From Acholeplasmatales bacterium (GTDB lineage Bacteria; Bacillota_I; Bacilli_A; Acholeplasmatales; JAEDCM01): DNA of 64,000 nucleotides. The notes beneath the pieces are model-generated. The model was not told the origin of the DNA, searched no databases, and saw nothing but the letters and a program-made list of their open reading frames with translations. The position numbers and the translations under genes are program-made. Positions 18,963 through 29,407 of the stretch are shown in pieces; position 1 is the first letter of the stretch, and every line of letters begins with the position of its first letter. The DNA lies in contig JAGCWW010000050.1 of assembly GCA_017961685.1 (NCBI GenBank), positions 290-64,289 on the forward strand, given 5' to 3'.

Positions 18963-19526
18963 TTATTTTAATAAATTTTTCTTTAATTTATCAATTTCTT
19001 CTTGTTTCTTTTCATCTAACATTGTAATTATCTTTTCAGATAATGTTTTATATATATTAGCCTTTAAAGCTAATTCCATAGCTAATTTCTTTAATTCTTC
19101 ATCTTCATTTTCTTTTTTAATCTTAGTGATTTGCTTTTTAATAGTACCACTAATATTATTAACTAAATCATTTTGAATATCTTTATAATATGAATATACA
19201 TCTTTATAGTTAGAATAATCAATTATAGTCATTATTTCATTTAAAGATAAGACATTTTTAAGTGAACAAATCTCTAATAAATATGTTAATTGAACTTTAG
19301 CATATTTTTTATTTACTGGTGCAGGAATAATATTTCCTTTAACATAATTGTTTACCATAGATGATGTTATTAACTTATCATTTAGTTCAAAAACCTTTAA
19401 ATTATCTTCTAAATAAGTTATAACTTGATCCATGTAGAAGTTCATTTGTGGTAGGGCATCTACATTAGGAACATTATAATTTGATAATTCAAGTAGATAT
19501 GATTGTAATCTTCTTTTAACAAACAT
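18963..19526 (-). CDS. DUF1836-like protein
   Basis: The pattern ITSSMVNNYVK...IIP.P..KKY matches DUF1836 as remembered, and this family commonly neighbours degV. The start is ATG at 19526, after AGAGGTG. Confidence 0.45.
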   Translation of the reverse strand: MFVKRRLQSYLLELSNYNVPNVDALPQMNFYMDQVITYLEDNLKVFELNDKLITSSMVNNYVKGNIIPAPVNKKYAKVQLTYLLEICSLKNVLSLNEIMTIIDYSNYKDVYSYYKDIQNDLVNNISGTIKKQITKIKKENEDEELKKLAMELALKANIYKTLSEKIITMLDEKKQEEIDKLKKNLLK

Positions 19527-19741
19527 GTTTAACACCTCTAATAAAATTATATCAAAATAATTTTATATATTCAATATTATGTTATATAGTTTTTAAAACT
19601 AGATATATATAACTTTTCATTAGAAAAATGTAAATAATCAAAAAACGCTTTCATAAAGGTATTGAATAAAATAGTAATTATTGATATAATTAAGGTGTAT
19701 AGGCGATAATATAAAAATTAATAAATAAAGGAGAATATAAA

Positions 19742-20350
19742 ATGAAAGAAGTTATTTTAGCAGCAGTTGAATTCGTTAAAAATCTTTATGTAGGAACTTA
19801 TGATGGTAATAATTACTATCACTCTGAGCGTGTTTATTACATTGCTTTAGAATTAGTTAAAACTGAAAAAGCAAACAATTTCTTAGTTGCTCTTGCCGCT
19901 TTACTACACTCAGTAGATTCTAGAGATGATAGAGCATCTAAAAAGTGCCCAGTTGCAAGAAAGTTCTTATCTAGTCAAAAACTAGAATCAAAAATTGTAG
20001 AAAGTGTTATTGATATTATTTCTCAAGCAGATTTCAAATACAATAGAACACATGCAAGACTAAAGAGTAAAGAAGCTGAAGTTGTTGCAGATGCTAACAT
20101 GCTAGATTCTATTGGAGCTATCGGTGTAGCTAGATGCTTTGCATGGGGTGGATATCATAAGATTGAAATGTATGATGGAACTATCTCATCTCCAAACTCA
20201 ATTAAGTCTTTCTATGATAAGTTATTAGTTATTAAAGATTGTTTACATACAGAATCAGCAAAGAAAATTGCTCAAGATAAGATTAAATTTATGGATGACT
20301 TCCTACATCAATTCTATTCTGAATGGAATATCGGAAGAAATAAGAGATAA
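19742..20350 (+). CDS. HD-domain phosphohydrolase
   Basis: Motifs H..RV ... LLHSVD and length of about 200 aa. Confidence 0.7.
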   Translation: MKEVILAAVEFVKNLYVGTYDGNNYYHSERVYYIALELVKTEKANNFLVALAALLHSVDSRDDRASKKCPVARKFLSSQKLESKIVESVIDIISQADFKYNRTHARLKSKEAEVVADANMLDSIGAIGVARCFAWGGYHKIEMYDGTISSPNSIKSFYDKLLVIKDCLHTESAKKIAQDKIKFMDDFLHQFYSEWNIGRNKR

Positions 20351-20379
20351 AAAAATGGCTATTAAAGCCATTTTTTTTA
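20351..20379. terminator. Bidirectional terminator
   Basis: AAATGGCT-attaa-AGCCATTT flanked by A- and T-runs. Confidence 0.55.
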
Positions 20380-21624
20380 TTTAACAATTATTTTTTTAAG
20401 TCTAGCAAAACGTGGTAGTCCATTTTCTTTAGGAAGTTCAGTTTCACCTTGAATTAATGGTAAGACATAATTAATAAAATCTTTAGTTACATTATTTCCT
20501 TCTTTATTGATCCATTCTTGTGGAACTAATTTTTCATAGTTAGCAACATTTTCTAGTGGTATTAATTCAATTTCACATTTATAATCACTTACATTTTTAC
20601 CACGACTACATTTAAAAGCAACCATCTTATCACTAATACCTTCAATAGCATTTTCTACAGCTGCTTTACCAGCAAGATAAGCTTCATCATAATCAGTTTT
20701 ACTTGCTAAATGTGCTGCACAACGCTGTAAAAGTGATAATTCAATTCCTCTAATTTTAGCACCAGTTCTAAGTTTGACAGCATTAGCTAAATATTGTGCT
20801 AAACCACCCATTTGAATATGACCAAATTTATCTTTTTCTTTTTTAGAATTATTATATTCAGATATATATTTTCCATCTTTATCTTTTATACCTTCACTAA
20901 CCGCTACAATTACTTTTCCTTTAGCTTCGTATATATCATTAACATCATCTATAAATTTTTCTAAATCAAATGGAACTTCAGGTAAGTAAATTAAATCAGC
21001 ACCCATTCCATTAATATTTGATAATGCTGCAGAAGCAGCTAGCCATCCTGCATTTCTACCCATTATTTCAACAATAGAAATATTACCATAATCATAAACT
21101 CTAGTATCAAGGGAAATTTCCATAATAGAAGTTGCAATATATTTTGCGGCTGATGCGAATCCTGGGCAGTGATCTGTACAATATAAGTCATTATCGATAG
21201 TTTTAGGAATTCCCATAACTCGACATTCATAACCATTTTTAATACAGTATTTAGAAATCTTATTACAAGTATCCATTGAATCATTCCCGCCACAATAGAA
21301 GAAATATCTTACATTATATTTTTTGAATACTTCAAGAATTCTTTTATATTCATAGTCATCATCATCGTGTAGTTTATGTCTACAAGAACCTAGTGCTGAT
21401 GCTGGAGTATATCTAAGTAATTCTAATTCATTTTTATCTTCTAAATTTAAATCGTATAATTCATCATTTAAAACACCAATTATACCATTAGAAGCACCAT
21501 AAACTCTTGTAATTTCTTCAGCTTCTAAGGCTTTTTTTATTGCTCCAAGAATTGATGCATTAATTACAGAAGTAGGTCCTCCAGATTGTCCTATTATTGC
21601 TGAACCTATTAATTTTTTAGCCAT
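20377..21624 (-). CDS. pfp: Phosphofructokinase, PPi-dependent type signature
   Basis: Motifs GGPTSVINAS, CGGNDS, PKTIDND and MGRNAGWLA, 415 aa. It has Asp in GGNDS and Lys in PKTIDND at the positions that are Gly104 and Gly124 in E. coli PfkA. Confidence 0.8.
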   Translation of the reverse strand: MAKKLIGSAIIGQSGGPTSVINASILGAIKKALEAEEITRVYGASNGIIGVLNDELYDLNLEDKNELELLRYTPASALGSCRHKLHDDDDYEYKRILEVFKKYNVRYFFYCGGNDSMDTCNKISKYCIKNGYECRVMGIPKTIDNDLYCTDHCPGFASAAKYIATSIMEISLDTRVYDYGNISIVEIMGRNAGWLAASAALSNINGMGADLIYLPEVPFDLEKFIDDVNDIYEAKGKVIVAVSEGIKDKDGKYISEYNNSKKEKDKFGHIQMGGLAQYLANAVKLRTGAKIRGIELSLLQRCAAHLASKTDYDEAYLAGKAAVENAIEGISDKMVAFKCSRGKNVSDYKCEIELIPLENVANYEKLVPQEWINKEGNNVTKDFINYVLPLIQGETELPKENGLPRFARLKKIIVK

Positions 21625-21747
21625 AATATATCCCTCCTAAAAGTCCATATTTATAATATCATAATGTATTATATATTACAAGTATATACACCTATATAAA
21701 TAAAAACACTTTCATAAAAAAATGTATGAATTTTATTTCATATTAGT

Positions 21748-21776
21748 ATTGACATTTAAATTAATTTAAAGTAAAA
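21748..21776 (+). promoter_or_regulatory. Consensus-like sigma-A promoter of feoAB
   Basis: TTGACA (21748-21753), a 17-nt spacer, then TAAAAT (21771-21776). Confidence 0.55.
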
Positions 21777-21791
21777 TTACATTGGAATTGA

Positions 21792-21811
21792 TTGTTAGTC
21801 GTTGCTAACAA
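21792..21811 (+). promoter_or_regulatory. Perfect inverted repeat TTGTTAG-N6-CTAACAA in the feoA leader
   Basis: It sits between the -10 element and the RBS. It is a candidate metalloregulator operator or a 5'UTR hairpin. Confidence 0.4.
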
Positions 21812-21826
21812 ACGAAAGGACATTAT

Positions 21827-22060
21827 ATGGAAAAAAGATTAGACGAATTTAAAATCGGTGACAAAGGAACTATTAAAGTAGTCAACGGAGAAGGACAACT
21901 TAGACGTAGATTATTTGATATGGGAGCAACACCTGGCGCTAAGATCGAACTAATTAAAAAAGCTCCTCTTGGTGATCCACTAGAAGTACATATTAGAAAT
22001 TATGTATTAACTTTAAGAAAAAGTGAAGCCTCACTTATTATAATGGAGGTGGAAAAATGA
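21827..22060 (+). CDS. feoA: Ferrous iron transport protein A
   Basis: 77-aa FeoA/SH3-like domain, overlapping the feoB start (ATGA). Confidence 0.85.
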   Translation: MEKRLDEFKIGDKGTIKVVNGEGQLRRRLFDMGATPGAKIELIKKAPLGDPLEVHIRNYVLTLRKSEASLIIMEVEK

Positions 22061-24360
22061 TTAAAGTAGCTTTAGCTGGAAACCCTAACTGTGGTAAAAC
22101 AACTTTATTTAATGCCTTAACTGGTTCAACAGCTCATGTTGGTAACTGGCCTGGTGTAACAGTAGATAAAAGAGAAGGTTTCTACAAGAAATTAGGAGAA
22201 GATATTAAAATTGTAGACTTACCTGGTATTTATTCATTATCTCCTTATACTCCAGAAGAAGTAATATCAAGAAACTTTATTGTTGAAGAAAAACCAGATT
22301 GTGTAATTAATATTGTTGATGCAACAAACTTAGAGAGAAACTTATATTTAACAACACAATTACTTGAAATGGATGTTCCTGTAATTGTTGCGTTAAACAT
22401 GATGGATTTAATAGAAAAAAGAAAAGATAAACTTGATGTAGATAAACTTCAACAAGCTCTAGGAGTGCCTGTAATAAGTATTTCAGCATTAAAAAAGCAA
22501 GGTAATGAAGAATTAATGCTTGCAGCCTTAAATGCTAAAAAGCGTGAGCCTAAAACAGTATTAGAAAATACCTCATTAAAGCCATTAATTGATAAAATCG
22601 TTGATGTATGTAAAGGTAATAATGAAATTGATAACTTACTATATCATGCGATTAAAGTAATTGAAGAAGATGAAATTGAAATCAAAGATCATAAGCTTCA
22701 AGTTAATATTGTTGAAGAGTTTAAAAAAGAAACAGGTATTGATACTGAAGCAATGATTGCTGATGAAAGATATAAATATATTGAAGCAAATTACTCTATC
22801 TGTATGGAAAAAAGTGAAAATAGAAGAGTATTAAAATCTGAGAAAGTTGATAAGGTATTAACTCATAAGGTATTTGGATTTGTATTTTTCTTCCTAATTT
22901 TATTTGCTGTATTCCATTTAACATTTAGTGAAAACTTCCTATTTTTAGGAGGATTAATTGATGATGATTGGGTAAGCTTTGAAAAAGTACCTATCCTAGA
23001 AGGAATTTTAGGAGAAGGAGCGATAAACTCACCTGGTGTTATAATAACTAACCTATTTAATAACTGTGTAGAATGGTTATTTGGTATAATTGGTGGATGG
23101 TTTGAAAGTGGCCCTGAATGGTTAAATTCATTCGTAAATGATGGCTTACTTGCGGGATTATCTGCGGTTCTAAGTTTCTTACCATTAATCATGATACTAT
23201 TCTTATTTATGAGTATTCTAGAAGATACAGGATATATGGCAAGAGTTGCCTTCATATTCGATAAGATCTTCAAGAAATTTGGATTATCTGGTAGAGCATT
23301 AATGCCTATGATTATGGGATTTGGTTGTAGTGTACCTGCTATGGCAAATACTAGAACACTACAAAATCAAAATGAAAGAACAACAACAATTAGAGTTATT
23401 CCTTTCTTCTCATGTGGTGCAAAGCTTCCAATTTTAACAGCTATTGCTGGTGCAATTGCTTTACGCTGGGGAGCAAATGCTGATTTAATTACATTTAGTA
23501 TGTATCTACTTGGTATTACAGTTGCTATTATTGCTATTATAATTATGCGTGGTACTACAATGAAGGGTGAATCTCAACCATTCATTATGGAATTGCCTGA
23601 ATATCATAGACCAAGCTTTAAGAGTATAATGCATTTATTATGGCATAAGTTAAGTCATTTCATTAAAAAAGCATTTACTATTATTCTTGCAAGTCAAATC
23701 GTAGTTTGGTTCTTACTAAACTTCACATTCGATTGGAAATACATTCCAACATACGAAACATTAGATGTTGATTCATCAATTCTTGCTGGATTTGGTAAAT
23801 TATTACAACCATTATTTACTCCACTTGGCTTTGGTAGTCAACTTGGATCAACTGGTTGGGTATTCATCGTAGCTGCAATATCTGGTTTAATTGCTAAAGA
23901 AAATGTTATTTCAACATTCGGTACACTTGCAGCTTGTCTAATTGCATCTGGAGCAATTTCTGGTATAGGACTTGATATTGAAGCTGAAAGCGGAATTGAT
24001 GCTGTTAGAGCAATGATGGATGCAACAGGAATTACAGCTGCAGGCTTAATCGCATTTATCGTATTTAATATGACAACTATTCCATGTTTCGCTGCTGTAG
24101 CTACAGCTAAGGGTGAATCACCAGATAAACATACTTACCGCTTCACATTATTATTTTGGGTTGTTGCATCAATCTTAGCTGCTACAACAGTATATCTAAT
24201 CGGTTCATGGTGGTGGACAACATTCATTATTGTTGGTGTAATTGCTCTTGTAATTGTTCTAATAAGAATTATAAACAAGAATGATAAAAATAATAAGAAT
24301 AAGAAAGATGGTGATTTATTTGACTACGCTAGAGATAATAGTCATCATTGCTGCGATTAG
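22057..24360 (+). CDS. feoB: Ferrous iron transporter B
   Basis: N-terminal G-domain (GNPNCGKTT, DLPG, NMMD) followed by a polytopic membrane domain. Confidence 0.95.
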   Translation: MIKVALAGNPNCGKTTLFNALTGSTAHVGNWPGVTVDKREGFYKKLGEDIKIVDLPGIYSLSPYTPEEVISRNFIVEEKPDCVINIVDATNLERNLYLTTQLLEMDVPVIVALNMMDLIEKRKDKLDVDKLQQALGVPVISISALKKQGNEELMLAALNAKKREPKTVLENTSLKPLIDKIVDVCKGNNEIDNLLYHAIKVIEEDEIEIKDHKLQVNIVEEFKKETGIDTEAMIADERYKYIEANYSICMEKSENRRVLKSEKVDKVLTHKVFGFVFFFLILFAVFHLTFSENFLFLGGLIDDDWVSFEKVPILEGILGEGAINSPGVIITNLFNNCVEWLFGIIGGWFESGPEWLNSFVNDGLLAGLSAVLSFLPLIMILFLFMSILEDTGYMARVAFIFDKIFKKFGLSGRALMPMIMGFGCSVPAMANTRTLQNQNERTTTIRVIPFFSCGAKLPILTAIAGAIALRWGANADLITFSMYLLGITVAIIAIIIMRGTTMKGESQPFIMELPEYHRPSFKSIMHLLWHKLSHFIKKAFTIILASQIVVWFLLNFTFDWKYIPTYETLDVDSSILAGFGKLLQPLFTPLGFGSQLGSTGWVFIVAAISGLIAKENVISTFGTLAACLIASGAISGIGLDIEAESGIDAVRAMMDATGITAAGLIAFIVFNMTTIPCFAAVATAKGESPDKHTYRFTLLFWVVASILAATTVYLIGSWWWTTFIIVGVIALVIVLIRIINKNDKNNKNKKDGDLFDYARDNSHHCCD

Positions 24361-24520
24361 TTTTGTAGTAGCTGTATTTACAAAAGCTATTATTAATAAA
24401 GTTCATGGCAAATGTGATTGCCCTGAATGTGATGGAATGTGTTCTTTATGCGATGGAAGTTGTAATAAATATTCAAAAGAAGAACTTAAAAAACATCTTA
24501 AAGAAACATATATCAAGTAA
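24308..24520 (+). CDS. FeoB-associated Cys-rich small membrane protein
   Basis: One TM helix followed by CDCPECDGMCSLCDGSC. It overlaps the last ~50 nt of feoB in another frame. The start codon is uncertain (ATG 24308 / GTG 24311 / TTG 24320). Confidence 0.55.
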   Translation: MVIYLTTLEIIVIIAAISFVVAVFTKAIINKVHGKCDCPECDGMCSLCDGSCNKYSKEELKKHLKETYIK

Positions 24521-24544
24521 TTGTTAGACATAAATAATTGGCCT

Positions 24545-24583
24545 AAAAAAGGACTGCATCCTCCACAAACGCAGTCCTTTTTG
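24545..24583. terminator. Bidirectional terminator
   Basis: AGGACTGC-loop-GCAGTCCT with A- and T-runs. Confidence 0.6.
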
Positions 24584-24585
24584 TT

Positions 24586-25362
24586 TTATTTCTTTTTAAC
24601 TATATCAACTATATGACTTCCAATACCTATAAGTTCTTTTCTATTACTTACTTTATAAACATAATCTAAGTATGCTTCAAATGTTTTATCATCCATCTTA
24701 TTAATTATCTTTCTCATATAATCAGTTAATAAGTCAGGAGTAAATATATCAATTCTATCAAAACCTACAACTTTATTTAATTCATCTATATCTTCAATTC
24801 TAGAATATGAATATAAATCATTTTCTTTTCCAATGATTTTATAGTCATTATCTACTTCATTATTATTAATAGATTCACTAATAAAATTATCAATAAAACC
24901 ATGATTTATAACGGCATAATCATTCATATAATAACATATAAAAATAATACCATCTTTCTTTAAAACTCTTTTAGCTTCATTTAATGCTTTTATTTTTTCA
25001 TCCTTATCAATTAAGTGATAAATTGGACCAAACATTATAATAAAATCAAAAGATTCATCCTTAAATTTTAAATCAAGCGCATTACCTAAAAAGGCCTTTA
25101 TATTAGGATTTTTCATTGTAATGTATTTTAAATTATGCTTAACTAATTCAACAGCTGTAACATCATAACCTAAACTATCTAAATATAGACTATATTTACC
25201 TGTACCAGCACCTAAATCTAATATTTTTGGATTATCGAATCTATTTAAGTATTCTAGAATGTATTTAATTGATGTATTAAATTCAACAATACCATGTCTA
25301 GAATTTAATCTTTTATCTTCGTTGAATTTGTTATAATAATTCTTTAATAATTCTTCATTCAT
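24586..25362 (-). CDS. Class I SAM-dependent methyltransferase
   Basis: Motif I is ILDLGAGTGKYS. The start is ATG at 25362, after AGGTGA. Confidence 0.8.
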   Translation of the reverse strand: MNEELLKNYYNKFNEDKRLNSRHGIVEFNTSIKYILEYLNRFDNPKILDLGAGTGKYSLYLDSLGYDVTAVELVKHNLKYITMKNPNIKAFLGNALDLKFKDESFDFIIMFGPIYHLIDKDEKIKALNEAKRVLKKDGIIFICYYMNDYAVINHGFIDNFISESINNNEVDNDYKIIGKENDLYSYSRIEDIDELNKVVGFDRIDIFTPDLLTDYMRKIINKMDDKTFEAYLDYVYKVSNRKELIGIGSHIVDIVKKK

Positions 25363-25453
25363 TATTATCACCTAAAATCATTATAACAATTTTTTACAAA
25401 AAAGATACATTATTATTCAAAATGTGCTACAATATTTCTAGGAGCGTGATACT

Positions 25454-28075
25454 ATGAAAAAAATAATTTATTTATTTTTTGCATATGCTTTACTTGTGTG
25501 TTTAACAGGATGTGATTTCTTTAACTTTATTGATAAAGATACAACAAGTAAAAAAACAAATATCACAATTGGATATGTAATTGGTGATAAAATAACTTAT
25601 AAGATTTATGATAGTTATGATGATATAACTTTTATGGAATTAGAAACTGAAACAGGTTATGAACTATTGGGTTGGTCCTTTACTAAAAATGGTGATGTAA
25701 TCACTAAAGAAGATTTAAAGGACAAAACGCAAGTTAATGTTTATCCTATAATTGGTTTAAAGAATTACCGTATTAATTATGATCTTGATGGTGGAATTAA
25801 TAATAATAGTAATCCTCTAACTTATACAATAGAAGATGAATTTACTATTAAAGCTCCAACAAAAACAAACTATGCATTTACAGGTTGGACTACTGATACT
25901 ATAACTACTCCAGTTTTAGAATATAAAATAACTCTTGGTAGCTATGGAGATTTAAATCTTAAAGCTAATTATGAACATGGAAAAGTTAATGTCATTTTCA
26001 ATTATGAAGGAATTGAAATGCAAACAATTGACTATAATACATGTTGTACTAAACCAGAAGATCCAACAAAAATGTTTGATACATTTGTATGTTGGTGTAC
26101 TGACGATTCACTAGAAGAAGAATTTGATTTTAGTAAACCAGTTTTAGAAAGTATTACATTATATCCTAAATGGGCTAGTACAGTATTCTATACTTTAACT
26201 ATTACAAATAATGATTTGATTAAATCTAATTATGAAACTGGTAAACAATTACCAAAGGATGCAGTTATTGATTTAACTACTGATTATTTAGTTAATGGAT
26301 ATGCCTTTAAGGGTTGGTATGTAAATGGAGAATACATTACAAATTATTATGCATTAGAAGTTTCAATGCCTGAAGGAAATCTACTAATAGAGCCTTTATT
26401 TGAGGCTGTAGAAAATTATACATATACACTTGGTAGTAAAACAAACTTACAAACTAATATTACTAAAGAAGGTAATGGAGAATTATATGGTGAAGGTATT
26501 GGTTCAGATTATGGACATTCATCAAATAAGCTATATTTAAAATATAGTACACTTGAAAAATTAACTCCTGGAGTTCATTCATTTGTATATGAATTTAGAT
26601 TAATGTTTAATGTCTATGTAATACAAAGTGATACAAAAGTACCTGATATAACAATTGATTATGATATTAATTATCCATACGCAACTATTTTATTTAATGA
26701 AGTAGAAGGCGTTAGCTATAGCTATGCACTTGATGAAGAAGATTTTGTTGATTGTCATTCAGGTGATACATTTGATATTGGTGATAAGTTCACTGAACAT
26801 AATATAATGTTACGTGCTGGAAGTGCTATTAGAACATTTGCAATAGAAGAACTACCAGCTCAAGCACAAACATATGCGACTAAAACATTCAAGTATCAAG
26901 GTGATGTATATGATCACTATATTGATAGTATGGATGATTTAAGAATATTATTAGAATATTATGCATATTCTGTATATCCATCAGCTGGTGGTACATCTTA
27001 TCCATTTGATTTCTATTATCCAAATGCAATTAATATGTCAGCTTCAGAAGATTATGAATATGTTATTAAACGTTTAATAAGTGTTCCATATGACTTACAA
27101 TATTCATTTACACAAGGAAGTAAAGTAGTAAACTTTGAATTAAAATCAGAAGGATTATTTAATTCACTTAATACAACTCAAGTAAAAGAAGATGTAACTA
27201 CAACTATCTTCATGCCATCTACAAGAAATGAATCAACTCAATTATATGTAGATAAATGTAGTAAAACACAAGAAGTAAAAACTATTTATGAGCTTGAAGC
27301 GTTAAATCTTGGTGTTAAGCCAATTATTACTGATACAAAGACTTTAGAATTATATAATAAAGCAAGATATGTTTTATATACTTATGTAGATGATTCAATG
27401 ACTGAATTTGAAAAATGTAAGGCAATTTATGATTATCTAGCAAGCTATGTAACTTATGATGATGCATTACTAGAACTTGAAGGTAAGAAGAGTGATTATT
27501 CATCATTTACATCTTATGCAGCACTAGTTAGAGGAATTGCGGTATGTGATGGTATTTCAAGTGCTTATAAATTATTATGTACACTTGAAGGTATTGAATG
27601 TATCGAAGTAGTAGGAGCTGCTAAAGGCGGTGGACATGCTTGGAATAAAGTTAAAATTGCTGGTGCTTGGTATGGTGTAGATGCTACATGGGCTAGACTA
27701 GAAATAACTGATACAGGTGTTTATATTACACATAATTATTTCTTAATTGATGAATTAACACTAATGACTTTTGGTTCATCAAGACACTTTGAACAAGCAG
27801 AAGTTGTTGGACCTAATACTTACTCATATATTAATGTTGTTAATACAGCTAATAATAAATTAACATATTTTGATTTAATTAGTTATGGTGATTTTGATTT
27901 AGTATGTACATCAGTAATTGAATTTAGGGGTATGGTTGACTATTTTAGAACTATTGGATTAAACTTTGTTGAAATAAAATTAGTTGGTCTAGAATATAGT
28001 GATGTTTCTGGATACTCTGGATTCTATTATTCAACATGTAATCCAGGAAATAACTTAATATATTTAGTACGTTAA
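25454..28075 (+). CDS. Surface lipoprotein: Listeria-Bacteroides repeats plus a C-terminal transglutaminase-like cysteine protease core
   Basis: Lipobox LTGC|D. Repeat units of the type YRINYDLDGG...YAFTGWTTD. C-terminal core AVCDGISSAYKLL...GGGHAWNKV...WYGVDATW (Cys-His-Asp). Confidence 0.75.
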   Translation: MKKIIYLFFAYALLVCLTGCDFFNFIDKDTTSKKTNITIGYVIGDKITYKIYDSYDDITFMELETETGYELLGWSFTKNGDVITKEDLKDKTQVNVYPIIGLKNYRINYDLDGGINNNSNPLTYTIEDEFTIKAPTKTNYAFTGWTTDTITTPVLEYKITLGSYGDLNLKANYEHGKVNVIFNYEGIEMQTIDYNTCCTKPEDPTKMFDTFVCWCTDDSLEEEFDFSKPVLESITLYPKWASTVFYTLTITNNDLIKSNYETGKQLPKDAVIDLTTDYLVNGYAFKGWYVNGEYITNYYALEVSMPEGNLLIEPLFEAVENYTYTLGSKTNLQTNITKEGNGELYGEGIGSDYGHSSNKLYLKYSTLEKLTPGVHSFVYEFRLMFNVYVIQSDTKVPDITIDYDINYPYATILFNEVEGVSYSYALDEEDFVDCHSGDTFDIGDKFTEHNIMLRAGSAIRTFAIEELPAQAQTYATKTFKYQGDVYDHYIDSMDDLRILLEYYAYSVYPSAGGTSYPFDFYYPNAINMSASEDYEYVIKRLISVPYDLQYSFTQGSKVVNFELKSEGLFNSLNTTQVKEDVTTTIFMPSTRNESTQLYVDKCSKTQEVKTIYELEALNLGVKPIITDTKTLELYNKARYVLYTYVDDSMTEFEKCKAIYDYLASYVTYDDALLELEGKKSDYSSFTSYAALVRGIAVCDGISSAYKLLCTLEGIECIEVVGAAKGGGHAWNKVKIAGAWYGVDATWARLEITDTGVYITHNYFLIDELTLMTFGSSRHFEQAEVVGPNTYSYINVVNTANNKLTYFDLISYGDFDLVCTSVIEFRGMVDYFRTIGLNFVEIKLVGLEYSDVSGYSGFYYSTCNPGNNLIYLVR

Positions 28076-28120
28076 AACGGCTTTCATTAGCCGTTTTATT
28101 AAACAGAAAGGAGGATTAAT

Positions 28121-29407
28121 TTGATTTGTTTATGCATAGATTTAAAATCATTTTATGCAAGTGTTGAATGTGTATATAGAAACTTAGATTCAATGACTAC
28201 TAAATTAGTTGTTGCAGATGAATCTAGGGGTGGCGGTACTATTTGCCTTGCTGTTAGTCCTGCCTTAAAGGAGTTAGGGGTTAGAAATAGATGTAGGTTA
28301 TTTGAAATACCAAAGGATATAGACTATATTATTGCTAAACCTAGAATGAAAGCATATATGGAAATGAGTGCTTTAATATATTCTATATATTTAAAATATG
28401 TTTCTAAAGATGATATACATGTTTATTCAATTGATGAATGCTTTATTGATATAACTGATTACTTAAAACTTTATAATTTAGAAGCAATGAATTTTGCTAA
28501 AAAAATAATAGATGATGTTTTTGATACAACAGGTATATGCGCAACAGCAGGTATTGGTACTAACCTGTATCTAGCAAAAATAGCTATGGATATAACTGCT
28601 AAACATAATAAAAGTCATATAGCCTATTTAGATGAAGAACTATTTAAGAAAACATTGTGGCATCATAGACCTATAACTGATTTTTGGAATATAAGTTATG
28701 GTACACAAAATAGATTAGCTAAGCATGGTATCTTTGATATGTATGATATAACACAAGCTGATGAATATACTTTATATAAAGAATTTGGAGTAAATGCCGA
28801 ACTTTTAATAGATCATGCTAATGGTATAGAAACATGTACTATTAAAGATATTCATTCATATAAATCAAAGAATAATTCATTATCTAATTCTCAAGTTTTA
28901 TTTAGTGATTATAATTATGATGATGCTTTATTAGTATTAAAAGAAATGGTTGATTTAGAAGTAATGGAATTAGTCGATAAAGGCTTGGTTACCCCATCTA
29001 TTAGTTTATCAATAGGATATTCTAGTAAGATGCCTAATAGCTATGAAGATTATCGTAGTATTCCATCAACTGGTGGAACGATGAAGCTAAGTACTATTAC
29101 TCAATCAAGAAGAGAATTAATGGATTCTTTTACTGATTTATATATTAAAACAACGCATAAAGATATACCTATTAGACGTATTACAATTTCTTTTAATAAT
29201 GTAGTTGATGAAATATATCAAACTTATGATTTTTTCTCTGATACAAAAAAACTTGAAAAAGAAAAAAAGGTTGTAAAAACTGTAAGTGAAATTAATGAAA
29301 AATATGGTAAAAATTCAATACTTAAAGCAATGGATTTAGATCCTAAAGCGACAACTAAAATGCGTAATAAACTTATAGGAGGACATAACAGTGGAGAAGA
29401 TGAGTAG
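28121..29407 (+). CDS. Y-family DNA polymerase (UmuC/DinB/UvrX-like)
   Basis: TTG start 6 nt after AAGGAGG. Motifs IDLKSFYASVE and SIDECFIDIT. Confidence 0.85.
   Translation: MICLCIDLKSFYASVECVYRNLDSMTTKLVVADESRGGGTICLAVSPALKELGVRNRCRLFEIPKDIDYIIAKPRMKAYMEMSALIYSIYLKYVSKDDIHVYSIDECFIDITDYLKLYNLEAMNFAKKIIDDVFDTTGICATAGIGTNLYLAKIAMDITAKHNKSHIAYLDEELFKKTLWHHRPITDFWNISYGTQNRLAKHGIFDMYDITQADEYTLYKEFGVNAELLIDHANGIETCTIKDIHSYKSKNNSLSNSQVLFSDYNYDDALLVLKEMVDLEVMELVDKGLVTPSISLSIGYSSKMPNSYEDYRSIPSTGGTMKLSTITQSRRELMDSFTDLYIKTTHKDIPIRRITISFNNVVDEIYQTYDFFSDTKKLEKEKKVVKTVSEINEKYGKNSILKAMDLDPKATTKMRNKLIGGHNSGEDE

Noticed and set aside
21792-21811. Calling the feoA-leader palindrome a DtxR/IdeR or Fur box
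   Set aside because: The half-sites resemble GTTAG/CTAAC but are separated by 6 nt rather than 1. There is no match to the Fur 7-1-7 consensus. It is kept only as an unassigned inverted repeat.
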